Below are positions 50,828 through 59,480 of a stretch of DNA of 64,000 bases, in pieces. The DNA comes from a virus (Duplodnaviria; Heunggongvirae; Uroviricota; Caudoviricetes). The position numbers and the translations under genes are program-made. Each line of letters starts with the position of its first letter. Position 1 is the first letter of the stretch. The notes beneath the pieces were generated by a model that had not been told where the DNA came from, searched no databases, and saw nothing but the letters and a program-made list of their open reading frames with translations. The stretch is taken from positions 109,828 to 173,827 of IMG/VR virus record IMGVR_UViG_3300007747_000008; one strand, given 5' to 3'.

Positions 50828-51220
50828 ATGAAATATCAAATTGAAATTCACTATCAAACTGGCAATACGTTTGGTTCACATGATGAAGAACGAATTATCG
50901 ATGATGTTGTGTTTGAAGATCTTGAAAGTGCAAAAGAAGCTTTACAAATTATAAAGAAACATCATGAAATGACTCAAGCATCATCTGGATATCTTTCTCA
51001 GGAAGAACGTGCAATTAGACTACAGGAAATTTCAATGCAGCCGTGGGCAGTGAAATCCAAGTTCGGTGGTGATTACGATTATTCATTTAAGGTTCGTACA
51101 TCCAAAGATAGCCAGCAGTGGGTAGAAGTTTATGCATTCTGGAAAGGATATTTTGAACGTTTACATGAAGCAAAAATTATTGATGCGGACAGTGATGAAT
51201 TATCTGTAAGTTTCCGTTGA
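50828..51220 (+). CDS. Hypothetical protein
   Basis: ORF. Confidence 0.45.
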   Translation: MKYQIEIHYQTGNTFGSHDEERIIDDVVFEDLESAKEALQIIKKHHEMTQASSGYLSQEERAIRLQEISMQPWAVKSKFGGDYDYSFKVRTSKDSQQWVEVYAFWKGYFERLHEAKIIDADSDELSVSFR

Positions 51221-51245
51221 TCTGAACAAAATTCTATTGTATAAT

Positions 51246-51273
51246 AGCCTCCTTAACCGGGGGCTTTTTTTAT
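51246..51273 (+). terminator. Rho-independent terminator
   Basis: AGCCTCC-TTAACC-GGGGGCT followed by a T7 run. Confidence 0.6.
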
Positions 51274-51282
51274 TGGAAAATT

Positions 51283-51702
51283 ATGAATACTATTTTAACA
51301 TATCTTAGAACACTAAATCATCCTAACATTGTAAATCGTGCAATCGTTAATAAAACTAAATTAGTATCCCATCAGTCATATAGAAATAATACATTAATGT
51401 ATGTATTGTCTGATGGCTGCATATCTTGTCTAATGACGTTTAAAGATGGAACCAGAAGCTATGGATTTGATCTGTATGAACATACATATGATTTCACTCG
51501 GGGTGAAGCACACAATCCATATAACTTGTATCGTAAAAACCCCCCACTAAAATCAGTTGTGGTTATCTTTGATTTGGAGTATACTAATATTGAAGAAACG
51601 TTATTTCAACAATCACTAGTACACGATCTTGGTCAGTTCGGTATTAAAGAAGCCGAAATGCTAGTACGTTTACGCAATACCTATTTTGGAGAAAAAAGTT
51701 GA
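51283..51702 (+). CDS. Member of the E-x-FFQ-x-S family
   Basis: EETLFQQSLVHDLGQFGIKEAEML. Confidence 0.5.
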   Translation: MNTILTYLRTLNHPNIVNRAIVNKTKLVSHQSYRNNTLMYVLSDGCISCLMTFKDGTRSYGFDLYEHTYDFTRGEAHNPYNLYRKNPPLKSVVVIFDLEYTNIEETLFQQSLVHDLGQFGIKEAEMLVRLRNTYFGEKS

Positions 51703-51807
51703 ACGTGAGAAAAAATAGTGCTACAATATCACCAGAAACAAAAGCACGGTTACTTGAAATGTTAAACCCCAAGAGTAACGTACATTTCCTTAAGACAAAG
51801 GTATAAA

Positions 51808-52152
51808 ATGAAACAGTACGCAATTGTCCATAAATCTAATCTCATGCCAATCGCTTTTTACTGCACTGCTGAAGTTGCCATGCAGCGTATGATGTTCATC
51901 ACTGATAGTAACGCCTTTGGTGTATTCGAAGTTGATGTTGAAATTCATTCAGTACTGACAAATGAAAACAGCCCAGTGAAACATCGTATTGGTCGCATCT
52001 GCACACTGAACAACTGTTTGTTATCCGTACATTTAGAAATGAGTACTGCATACCAATATCATGATGCAATTAAATCTGGTCTTTTCCAAATTTGTGATGT
52101 AGAATATTTCTTCGGTAAAGAAATTAAACGTCCTAAAAAAGAAGAGGAATAA
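51808..52152 (+). CDS. Hypothetical protein
   Basis: ORF. Confidence 0.45.
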   Translation: MKQYAIVHKSNLMPIAFYCTAEVAMQRMMFITDSNAFGVFEVDVEIHSVLTNENSPVKHRIGRICTLNNCLLSVHLEMSTAYQYHDAIKSGLFQICDVEYFFGKEIKRPKKEEE

Positions 52153-52154
52153 TA

Positions 52155-52400
52155 ATGAAATACTACGAAGAATCATGTTCATCGTTCGCTATGGTAAATG
52201 GTGAAAAAATTCCTGTACAGCGTGGTATGAAGTATGTTACGATCAATATGAATTCCACAGTTCAAGGGTGGTTTGAAGAACCTTACTTGTGGGATGGATA
52301 TTGGCACGCTAAAGATTATCAACCATTGGGGATCCGGTTGGGTTATGTAGAATTGGACGATGGTGATGAATGGACATACACGTTTGAGGTACAGAACTAA
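52155..52400 (+). CDS. Hypothetical small protein
   Basis: ORF. Confidence 0.4.
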   Translation: MKYYEESCSSFAMVNGEKIPVQRGMKYVTINMNSTVQGWFEEPYLWDGYWHAKDYQPLGIRLGYVELDDGDEWTYTFEVQN

Positions 52401-52594
52401 TGAAAATTGAATCGACTTTTAATCATCCGGGTGGTGTATCTCATGTATCAAATGATACACGTTTAGTTGGTTTTCGTGTTTCAGTCACTGAAATCGAAAA
52501 GAACCACGAATCATTTAACGTCGCTAATCCAGCAATTGTCACTGAACTTGCAATTGCCCATCTTGTTTCTTTAGGATATGAGGTTACCAAATGA
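52400..52594 (+). CDS. Hypothetical small protein
   Basis: ORF with an ATGA overlap. Confidence 0.35.
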   Translation: MKIESTFNHPGGVSHVSNDTRLVGFRVSVTEIEKNHESFNVANPAIVTELAIAHLVSLGYEVTK

Positions 52595-52800
52595 GTACTA
52601 AAATTCTGTACGTGATCACGTTCAAGAAAAACGGCGGTGCCACCAAACAGTATCAAATCCCAGCAACTTCAGAAATGAATGCGGTTGCTCGTCTTGGTCA
52701 GATTCATGGTGATGATCGTGGATATCGTGAAGATCTTGATCTTGAAATTATCAGTGTGACTAGTAGTTCTAGTGGGAAAAAATATGCCGCAGATGTATAA
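52591..52800 (+). CDS. Hypothetical small protein
   Basis: ORF. Confidence 0.35.
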   Translation: MSTKILYVITFKKNGGATKQYQIPATSEMNAVARLGQIHGDDRGYREDLDLEIISVTSSSSGKKYAADV

Positions 52801-52826
52801 AATACAAAAAAAAATAGGAAAATAAC

Positions 52827-52991
52827 ATGAAAAACAACGATTTAAAATTTGATGTAACATTAACAGTTGACGAGATTAAAGAAATTGCCAATGCCCTTGG
52901 TATTGCAACGTCTGAATCTTTATTACTAGACGAAGATCTAAGTTATAAATTAATGCTCAAATTAATTGAAATTGTTCCAGAAATCGATTGA
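52827..52991 (+). CDS. Small acidic protein (54 aa), paralogue of 54734-54883
   Basis: Shared motif LT.DEI.E..NAL..A..ES. Confidence 0.35.
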   Translation: MKNNDLKFDVTLTVDEIKEIANALGIATSESLLLDEDLSYKLMLKLIEIVPEID

Positions 52992-53016
52992 CGTACCTGT
53001 GGGTATCTTCTATAAT
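52988..53016 (+). promoter_or_regulatory. Sigma70-type promoter TTGACG-17-TATAAT with an inverted repeat across the -10
   Basis: TTGACG at 52988 and TATAAT at 53011. The inverted repeat is GTGGGTAT/ATACCCAC. Confidence 0.45.
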
Positions 53017-53047
53017 ACCCACATCAACCACACTTTAAGGAACCAAA

Positions 53048-53500
53048 ATGAAATCTAAAATACAAATGCAAGTTGCGAAACATATGATTGCTGTTTGGAT
53101 CGACGTGAATTCTAAAAAAGAATCTCTTACTGATGCATATGATACTATTGACCGTTGCTGGCCTCAGTTGGCACGTCGTGAACTGCGTACATGGGCTAAA
53201 GCACTGCATAAGAACCCAGAACGCTATGAGTTCACTGGTTATGCGTTTGCCCAGACTGAATTGAAAGATCATTTTGATGAACAGGAAATTATCGGTATTG
53301 ATGCAGTACTTGATTCATTGCCTACAGTAAACCAAACAAACTACAACGATGTTGTACGTAGTATCATTCATCATAAATGGGTGTATGGTATGGATACGTT
53401 CACATCGGTTGAGCATGGTATTGCTAGTTATTTCAATAATCGTACCGAACCACGTTTTAACCGTAAGTATCGCCCAGCAAAGCCAGTACTCAAACCATGA
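53048..53500 (+). CDS. Hypothetical protein
   Basis: ORF. Its N-terminus MKSKIQM is shared with the ORF at 54948. Confidence 0.45.
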   Translation: MKSKIQMQVAKHMIAVWIDVNSKKESLTDAYDTIDRCWPQLARRELRTWAKALHKNPERYEFTGYAFAQTELKDHFDEQEIIGIDAVLDSLPTVNQTNYNDVVRSIIHHKWVYGMDTFTSVEHGIASYFNNRTEPRFNRKYRPAKPVLKP

Positions 53501-53727
53501 TTACACGTAACCAAACCAATGCTGATGCAGATATTTTGAAACAGGTTCATCTTGAACTCAATGTTGATGGTGACTGGCAGAATCGCCATAAACAGGAAAT
53601 CCACTTGTATCCAAATTATGATCAATGGGTCCGTTTCAAAATCCCACAACTGGGATTTACATTATCAGTCGATGATGCCCGGAATCTGCACGCATTACTC
53701 ACTGAAGCGTTAAAAGAGGTGAAATAA
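53497..53727 (+). CDS. Hypothetical small protein
   Basis: ORF. Confidence 0.4.
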   Translation: MITRNQTNADADILKQVHLELNVDGDWQNRHKQEIHLYPNYDQWVRFKIPQLGFTLSVDDARNLHALLTEALKEVK

Positions 53728-53794
53728 TGCTTGACGAACACCCTGACTTATAATATTATAGCTCTCAGACAACGAGAGCTTCTTAAGGAAAATA

Positions 53795-54193
53795 ATGAAT
53801 ACGTTAACGATTGAACAAGTGAACGAAAACAATGTAGTTGCTAAACAGTGCTTAACTGAAATCAATACCTTCCTTAAAGGTGTTGCTGATGAAAAGTCTA
53901 AACGCAACGAACAATTCAAAACTGATTCAGTTGGTATTAAAGTACTTAAATGTGTAGGTACTGTTCTTAACTCAGAAAGAACTCTTAAAGAATCAATGGT
54001 AGTAATGGCGTTGCAGGATTTGAAAATGCGTCTTGAGTTATATTTCAAGTACCATTACAGTACTTGCGGTATGTTTTCATCGTACTACAGTCCTGAAATC
54101 TCAATTCGGCAAGTAAGCCAAGGTGTTATCTTTACTGATATCTACACTACTATCATTAAACAAGTCCCACATCCAGCAAATAAGGTTATGTAA
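53795..54193 (+). CDS. Hypothetical protein
   Basis: ORF. Confidence 0.45.
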   Translation: MNTLTIEQVNENNVVAKQCLTEINTFLKGVADEKSKRNEQFKTDSVGIKVLKCVGTVLNSERTLKESMVVMALQDLKMRLELYFKYHYSTCGMFSSYYSPEISIRQVSQGVIFTDIYTTIIKQVPHPANKVM

Positions 54194-54381
54194 TGAAACG
54201 TTATGATCCATGCATGAAAACTGAAGACTATACATATGAACGTTATGCCGGTATGGAAGAGTGCAGCTATGGCTCATGGGTTCGTTACGAATCACATAAG
54301 CAAACTGTTATCGATTTAAACAAAGCCCAAGACCGGATCATCGAACTAAAAGCCCAAATTGAAAAATTGGAGAACAAATAA
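54193..54381 (+). CDS. Hypothetical small protein
   Basis: ORF. Confidence 0.35.
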   Translation: MKRYDPCMKTEDYTYERYAGMEECSYGSWVRYESHKQTVIDLNKAQDRIIELKAQIEKLENK

Positions 54382-54383
54382 TA

Positions 54384-54712
54384 TGTCTTTGGTCGGCACA
54401 GAGAACCGCCGCTATGTGTATGTTATTGTGCGTGATGATCTCGAAATTCAAAATAAAGTTGTACAAGTTGCCCATGCAGCGTATGATAGTGCTCAGAAAT
54501 TTAAAAATCATGCCGACCGTACTAGTATCATTGTACTGTCTCCGGGAAATAAAAGTTTTAATGAGGTTTACAATTATTTAAATTCTGTTAAAATTGATTA
54601 CATCACGTATACTGAACAAAGTCTAGGTCTAGGTAAAACTGCAATTGCTACTGAAGCAATTACTGAAGAACAACGTTATCACATGAAGAAATTTAGTCTA
54701 GCTAAATTCTAA
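54384..54712 (+). CDS. PTH2-family peptidyl-tRNA hydrolase-like protein (second copy)
   Basis: YVYVIVRDDLEIQNKVVQVAHAAYD carries the PTH2 signature. Confidence 0.55.
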
Positions 54713-54733
54713 CCAAATTCAGAGGAACTTATA

Positions 54734-54883
54734 ATGGTAAAAATCAATAACGTATTTCTCACTAAAGACGAGATTGAAGAAGTTCTAAATGCACTTAATC
54801 TCGCCATCCGTGAGTCTCAAGAAATCGATGAAGTAGTAAACCTTGAGCTACATGCGAAATTATCTAAACTTTTCGAAGAATAA
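54734..54883 (+). CDS. Small acidic protein (49 aa), paralogue of 52827-52991
   Basis: ORF with an AGAGGAA Shine-Dalgarno. Confidence 0.35.
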   Translation: MVKINNVFLTKDEIEEVLNALNLAIRESQEIDEVVNLELHAKLSKLFEE

Positions 54884-54886
54884 GTG

Positions 54887-54915
54887 TTGACAGGGGATGA
54901 ACAATCCCCTATAAT
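54887..54915 (+). promoter_or_regulatory. Sigma70-type promoter TTGACA-17-TATAAT with an inverted repeat in the spacer
   Basis: TTGACA at 54887 and TATAAT at 54910. GGGGAT/ATCCCC lies between the -35 and the -10. Confidence 0.5.
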
Positions 54916-54947
54916 AACTCCATCGACAACTGATTAAGGAAATAAAA

Positions 54948-55103
54948 ATGAAATCTAAAATTCAAATGTCAATCAAAATCGATCCTAAAACTCAAAAAGC
55001 TGTAAACCCTGAAAGCATTGGAAAAGATGACTGGAAGCGTGGAGTATTGGCTATCGTAGTTATCGTAGTACTTGCTGTTGTTGTTAAATATTTTGGAAAC
55101 TAA
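54948..55103 (+). CDS. Small membrane protein (51 aa)
   Basis: N-terminal MKSKIQM and a C-terminal TM helix. Confidence 0.35.
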   Translation: MKSKIQMSIKIDPKTQKAVNPESIGKDDWKRGVLAIVVIVVLAVVVKYFGN

Positions 55104-55104
55104 T

Positions 55105-55320
55105 ATGACTGAATTGTATCGTATTTTTCCAACAATTGTACTTTCGGGTTATTCATCAGCGTCGTTTGATGTATTGTTTTTAACAGCACAAAAAATCCTT
55201 GACAGTAATGCAGGTTGTAATGTAAAATACGAATTCAATGGATATTTGATTGAAGTTAATAACAATACTATAAACACTGCATGGGACAAATATCTTAAAA
55301 AAGAATTTAACCCAGTATAA
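55105..55320 (+). CDS. Hypothetical small protein
   Basis: ORF. Confidence 0.4.
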   Translation: MTELYRIFPTIVLSGYSSASFDVLFLTAQKILDSNAGCNVKYEFNGYLIEVNNNTINTAWDKYLKKEFNPV

Positions 55321-55326
55321 ATTATT

Positions 55327-55451
55327 GCATAGGTGGCGGAAGCGGGAGACGCCTCTGGACTAGGCCAGTAGTACTGTAATGGTGATTTCAGTACTGATAC
55401 CGAAACCGGAGTAACACGAAACTGTAGGTTCGAGTCCTACCCTATGCACCA
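55327..55451 (+). ncRNA. Non-canonical tRNA-like RNA (125 nt) lacking a recognisable anticodon arm
   Basis: It has a perfect acceptor GCATAGG/CCTATGC with an A discriminator and CCA, a D-arm-like GCG..CGC, and a T-arm GTAGG-TTCGAGT-CCTAC. A roughly 70-nt insert carries the palindromes CAGTAGTACTG and TCAGTACTGA, and no 5-bp/7-nt anticodon hairpin could be found. Confidence 0.5.
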
Positions 55452-55465
55452 TATTAAGGAATATT

Positions 55466-55573
55466 ATGAGTACTGAAGAACAAGAATGTGAAGTCTGTGA
55501 CGGGGAAGGATGGACAGTTGAAGCATGTGGTGATATAATCGATTGTACAGCTTGTCAACACTCTAAGGAATAA
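55466..55573 (+). CDS. Small CxxC...CxxC protein (35 aa)
   Basis: CEVCDGEGW....C..C. Paralogue of the next ORF. Confidence 0.35.
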   Translation: MSTEEQECEVCDGEGWTVEACGDIIDCTACQHSKE

Positions 55574-55574
55574 T

Positions 55575-55754
55575 ATGAAATCTATCTTTGATCTATTCAG
55601 AACTAAAACCAAAGAAGTCGAACACACTCATGTACCAGATGAAACCACATCTACCGACACATGTAAGTACTGTGATGGTAATGGTTGGGTTTACGCAGGG
55701 GAAGGTGTAATCGAGGATTGTCATCCATGCAAACGTTCAGGTCGTGCTAAATGA
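55575..55754 (+). CDS. Small CxxC...CxxC protein (59 aa), paralogue of 55466-55573
   Basis: CKYCDGNGW.....C.PC. Confidence 0.35.
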   Translation: MKSIFDLFRTKTKEVEHTHVPDETTSTDTCKYCDGNGWVYAGEGVIEDCHPCKRSGRAK

Positions 55755-56152
55755 AAAAGAATAAGTTAATTGAAATTCTTAATGCAATTGAGGGTAATCC
55801 CGAGATTGTATTGTGGAATGGATATGCGGAAGATTACATGCATATCGATCCCACTCCAGTCCCACTAATGTTGGTAAAAGAAACTCTCCAGTTCACTGAG
55901 ACTTCACTGAGAAACGAATGGTGTTACAACCATAAAACTTTTGATATCCCACCTGAAGTTGAGAAAATGCTAAAACACAACGCCGCACAACTTCACAAAA
56001 AACGGTCGTGGGATTTCCCTAACCAATTCGTTCCAGAAGAAGATTATGAGAATTGGTATGGCAAACGCCGCAAAACTGTGGTAGCATTGAATCCTAAATT
56101 GCGTGGGAAGGTATCATTGGGTATTTCACGTGCAAGTGATGTAAATTACTAA
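55751..56152 (+). CDS. Hypothetical protein
   Basis: ORF. Confidence 0.45.
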   Translation: MKKNKLIEILNAIEGNPEIVLWNGYAEDYMHIDPTPVPLMLVKETLQFTETSLRNEWCYNHKTFDIPPEVEKMLKHNAAQLHKKRSWDFPNQFVPEEDYENWYGKRRKTVVALNPKLRGKVSLGISRASDVNY

Positions 56153-56161
56153 GGAAAACAA

Positions 56162-56575
56162 ATGAATCAAGTACTGGTAAATTGGTTGGAAAATATCAAG
56201 AAGTATCCACCATCTGAAATTTTCTTCGAGAAGTACGGCAAAGAGGCAAAGGCTGAAAAACGCATTCAGGAGGTCTGTGAAGACCTTTACCGTTTCAACT
56301 ACCCAGACAACCAGATTAACTATTTGAGTGAGCTACAGCAGGCGTATCGCGATTTTGAGGTACTTGTACACTTGGGGCTGGGTGGTATTAAACCTGAGTA
56401 CATCCTTAAAACAAAAAATGCTCTAGTTGATAAGGTTAAAGCTGCGATCACCGCCTATGAAGCTATGTGTAAGAAAGACCAGCTTCTACAAGCTAACTAC
56501 CAACCTTGGAAAGTTAAATTCCAAGAAATTCAATCAATCTTGTATGATATGACTAAGGATTTTGTAAATGTCTAA
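56162..56575 (+). CDS. Hypothetical protein
   Basis: ORF. Confidence 0.45.
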   Translation: MNQVLVNWLENIKKYPPSEIFFEKYGKEAKAEKRIQEVCEDLYRFNYPDNQINYLSELQQAYRDFEVLVHLGLGGIKPEYILKTKNALVDKVKAAITAYEAMCKKDQLLQANYQPWKVKFQEIQSILYDMTKDFVNV

Positions 56576-57119
56576 ATTATTTGTACCCGGAACCACCATC
56601 CCAAAAGGTTATGCTCTATCTATTACTACATGGGAAAATGATGGTGATGAATATGATACGAACACAGTCACCGGACTAACCAAAGAACAAGTGAATGAAT
56701 ATCTTTTAGTACTAGGCTGGTTCGCTCACTGTGCTGATGATTTAGCAGGGGAAGATTTAAATTGTTCAGATTTTCTTGAACGGTTGTTCGAACAATACAA
56801 ATCTGGAAAACTATCTCTTGAATTCATTAGTACATTCACTAATTCTGAATTTCCTGCAATCGACTGTAGCGATGTAGAACAAGAAATCTGGGCAGAATTG
56901 CTACATAGTAGTAACGATGATGATGTATATGATCGTTTGCATGATATTCTTGGTCGTTCTGAATATTATGATGAGTCTTATATGCGTGTGGTATGTAAGG
57001 TTAAAGTACATCATTTCGAAGAAGAGTTCGTTATTCCAAACACCCCACCACCTATCTCGGAATTTAATGGAGATTGGTCACAGCGTAATGATTACGATGG
57101 GTGGACATTCGATAAGTAA
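56568..57119 (+). CDS. Hypothetical acidic protein
   Basis: ORF. Confidence 0.45.
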   Translation: MSKLFVPGTTIPKGYALSITTWENDGDEYDTNTVTGLTKEQVNEYLLVLGWFAHCADDLAGEDLNCSDFLERLFEQYKSGKLSLEFISTFTNSEFPAIDCSDVEQEIWAELLHSSNDDDVYDRLHDILGRSEYYDESYMRVVCKVKVHHFEEEFVIPNTPPPISEFNGDWSQRNDYDGWTFDK

Positions 57120-57134
57120 TTTAAAGGAGTACTC

Positions 57135-57839
57135 ATGAAGTGGTTTAAAGATAATTTACACATTATTGTGAGTACTCTATTAGTACTATCATTATTAACG
57201 ATTATTATTAATAGCATCTATGCTGGATATAAGCAGCATATGACTATGGGGACAAAATCTATGTACGGTTTAATGTATGTTTCACCTGAAGGTGAAAAAG
57301 AATATGTGTCTAATACCAGTTACGGATCTACAACTGAACACATTGAAGATATTGCAGTACTTACTCAAGAAAAAACTGCGTTCAACGCTGCCAAAAAATT
57401 ATTAAAAGGTGGGTGGTTGGATGAAGTAGGCGGCGAGGTATACGTAGTCGAAGTACTCACGGTTGTGCATAATGCACAAATTGTTGAGAAGCCTAAACCA
57501 AAAAAAGGTTATTGTATTAGCTTTGACCGAGTTGACCGCAATGGGGTAACCGAAACTGTATACTACAGTGGTCCTATTGAATCAAAATATTCCAGATACT
57601 TTCGTCATAATGAATTCACCACAAGTATAACTGCCAGTACTGCATTTAAAACTGAAAAGAAAGCTGCTGCTACGTGGAACAGTATTCTTGAGGGAATGCG
57701 TAGAGATGAAAAATCTGATGATGAACAACTTGCTCGCCAGAAACGCATTTTGAGTCCCGAGCACCCAACACATGCTGCATTTAATGATCATATGGAACAA
57801 GTTGTGAGAATTTTGAATTATGCAAACATTTGTAAATAA
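57135..57839 (+). CDS. Membrane-anchored protein
   Basis: N-terminal TM helix. Confidence 0.45.
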   Translation: MKWFKDNLHIIVSTLLVLSLLTIIINSIYAGYKQHMTMGTKSMYGLMYVSPEGEKEYVSNTSYGSTTEHIEDIAVLTQEKTAFNAAKKLLKGGWLDEVGGEVYVVEVLTVVHNAQIVEKPKPKKGYCISFDRVDRNGVTETVYYSGPIESKYSRYFRHNEFTTSITASTAFKTEKKAAATWNSILEGMRRDEKSDDEQLARQKRILSPEHPTHAAFNDHMEQVVRILNYANICK

Positions 57840-58038
57840 TTTGATTTATTTTATTGTTGGTATTACAATGCTAGTACTAATGTTAGCTGTTGGTCTTATT
57901 CCAATGCTCGTCGTTGCGTATTACAATTTACCTGAATTCGAGTTTTTAGCACGAATCATGGGTTGCATTATTTCAATTCCTATGTTACGATTGTCTTTCA
58001 CTGTATGTGACAAAACATTTAACTATTTAGAAGGGTAA
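57820..58038 (+). CDS. Small polytopic membrane protein
   Basis: Two TM helices. Confidence 0.4.
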   Translation: MQTFVNNLIYFIVGITMLVLMLAVGLIPMLVVAYYNLPEFEFLARIMGCIISIPMLRLSFTVCDKTFNYLEG

Positions 58039-58046
58039 TATAAACC

Positions 58047-58832
58047 ATGCTATCCAAATTAATCATAAAGATGTTTCAACATGATTTAATTAATACGTCT
58101 AGAGATGAAAAAAGAGCTATCAATAACGTCATCGACGACAATAAATGGATGGTAGCATACCCTGCATGTAATGATGGGGTTGATGTCCCGAACCAAGTAC
58201 TTCTTGTGTTCACCAATGTAACACCGGTATTCATTGAACCCGGATATGAAAATTTGGTTGCTGATTTAACAAGTGATTATGACAATATATATTGGCAGGA
58301 TTACACCTCCATTGCTCCACATATGATGGGTACTTACTGGATTAAAACATCCGAACTTACTAAGGCTGTTGTTGAACCATTGCCATGTAAAATGATGGAT
58401 GATTTACCTGTTATCTCTCATACTGCTAACACTTATCTAACTGAAGCAGTACTTGGATACATGGGTACTGATGATTATGTAATTGAAGCTATTATTGAAA
58501 GTTATCTATCTGGACTTTCAAGTACTGAACTTAGTATTAGTGATGTTTTTGTTGATGTTGATAAAGAAGCAATACCATATGGAATAATAAGTAGTGTGAT
58601 CCGTTATAATGGTGAAGTCATTGGCTATCTAAAACGTAGCGGGCGTGAGATGATAAACACCAATTATTACACCCAAGACATGAGAAAATTTCAAGATGCA
58701 TTGAAAGATATAATTGACAAATGTCAGTGTTATGATAAAATGTCTTTCAAGGGAGTAATACAGATTGGTGATGAAGATGCTGATATCTACTTGCCAGTAC
58801 CGGGATATACCGACAAAATCTATGGGGACTAA
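58047..58832 (+). CDS. Hypothetical protein
   Basis: ORF. Confidence 0.45.
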   Translation: MLSKLIIKMFQHDLINTSRDEKRAINNVIDDNKWMVAYPACNDGVDVPNQVLLVFTNVTPVFIEPGYENLVADLTSDYDNIYWQDYTSIAPHMMGTYWIKTSELTKAVVEPLPCKMMDDLPVISHTANTYLTEAVLGYMGTDDYVIEAIIESYLSGLSSTELSISDVFVDVDKEAIPYGIISSVIRYNGEVIGYLKRSGREMINTNYYTQDMRKFQDALKDIIDKCQCYDKMSFKGVIQIGDEDADIYLPVPGYTDKIYGD

Positions 58833-58833
58833 T

Positions 58834-59094
58834 ATGAGTAAGATTTTATTAATTACATTTTATGATGAGAATGGCGATAAGCAGATTCGTGCCTTCGTTG
58901 GTAATGAGTTCTCACCTGATCCAACATACGTACAGGGTATCATTGAAAAAACACTTGACAGCAGCCAGTACGGTGAGGTATTATTTGTTCATCAGCAAGA
59001 TGAACCACAACCTGATTATGAAGCTGAAGTACTACGCGTTTTAAGACGCAATGGTTACGAAGAATATAACGCTAGACAAATCGCGTTACCGTGA
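58834..59094 (+). CDS. Hypothetical small protein
   Basis: ORF. Confidence 0.4.
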   Translation: MSKILLITFYDENGDKQIRAFVGNEFSPDPTYVQGIIEKTLDSSQYGEVLFVHQQDEPQPDYEAEVLRVLRRNGYEEYNARQIALP

Positions 59095-59100
59095 TATAAT
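59073..59100 (+). promoter_or_regulatory. TAGACA-N16-GTGATATAAT promoter variant
   Basis: Extended -10 TGaTATAAT at 59092-59100. Confidence 0.4.
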
Positions 59101-59124
59101 AACTTTCTCACACATGGAGATAAC

Positions 59125-59262
59125 ATGACTAAAATTCTTATTATTCTGGCAGTCCTAGGACTACTTATCAGTACTGGTAATAATGCCTTTGCAATCTGGT
59201 TCGCAATGGGCGTAGCGGTTGATTACATTTTTAGTAGTGGAAATAAAAAATATAAAAAATGA
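59125..59262 (+). CDS. Small membrane protein (45 aa)
   Basis: Hydrophobic core and a KKYKK tail. Confidence 0.35.
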   Translation: MTKILIILAVLGLLISTGNNAFAIWFAMGVAVDYIFSSGNKKYKK

Positions 59263-59348
59263 GTGTAGCCTCGGGCGATTCAGTAAACTGGCAGTATATA
59301 ACTGAGGACAGAATTTATTCTGATGTGGTTCGAATCCACGAACGCTCT
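59261..59348 (+). ncRNA. Non-canonical tRNA-like element (about 88 nt)
   Basis: T-arm TGTGG-TTCGAAT-CCACG and acceptor GAGTGTA/AACGCTC (6 of 7 bp). The interior holds two short hairpins, CAGT-ATATA-ACTG and CAGAA-TTTA-TTCTG, instead of an anticodon arm. Confidence 0.4.
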
Positions 59349-59368
59349 CAAAAAAATCACAAATTATC

Positions 59369-59397
59369 GGGACAGAACGAAAAACTTGTGATATAAT
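59369..59397 (+). promoter_or_regulatory. GGGACA-N17-TGTGATATAAT promoter
   Basis: GGGACA at 59369 and TATAAT at 59392-59397. Confidence 0.5.
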
Positions 59398-59480
59398 AAA
59401 CACATCGACGGATGTTAAAACGTAAACACGGTTCTCACAGATGAGAACATTCTATAAAGTAAAATAAGGGTTTTACCAAT

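Noticed and set aside
51231-51245. TTGTATAAT upstream of the terminator at 51246 as another promoter.
   Set aside because: The TG abuts the TATAAT directly rather than with a 1-nt spacer, no -35 is present, and it lies inside a terminator context. It is too weak to call.
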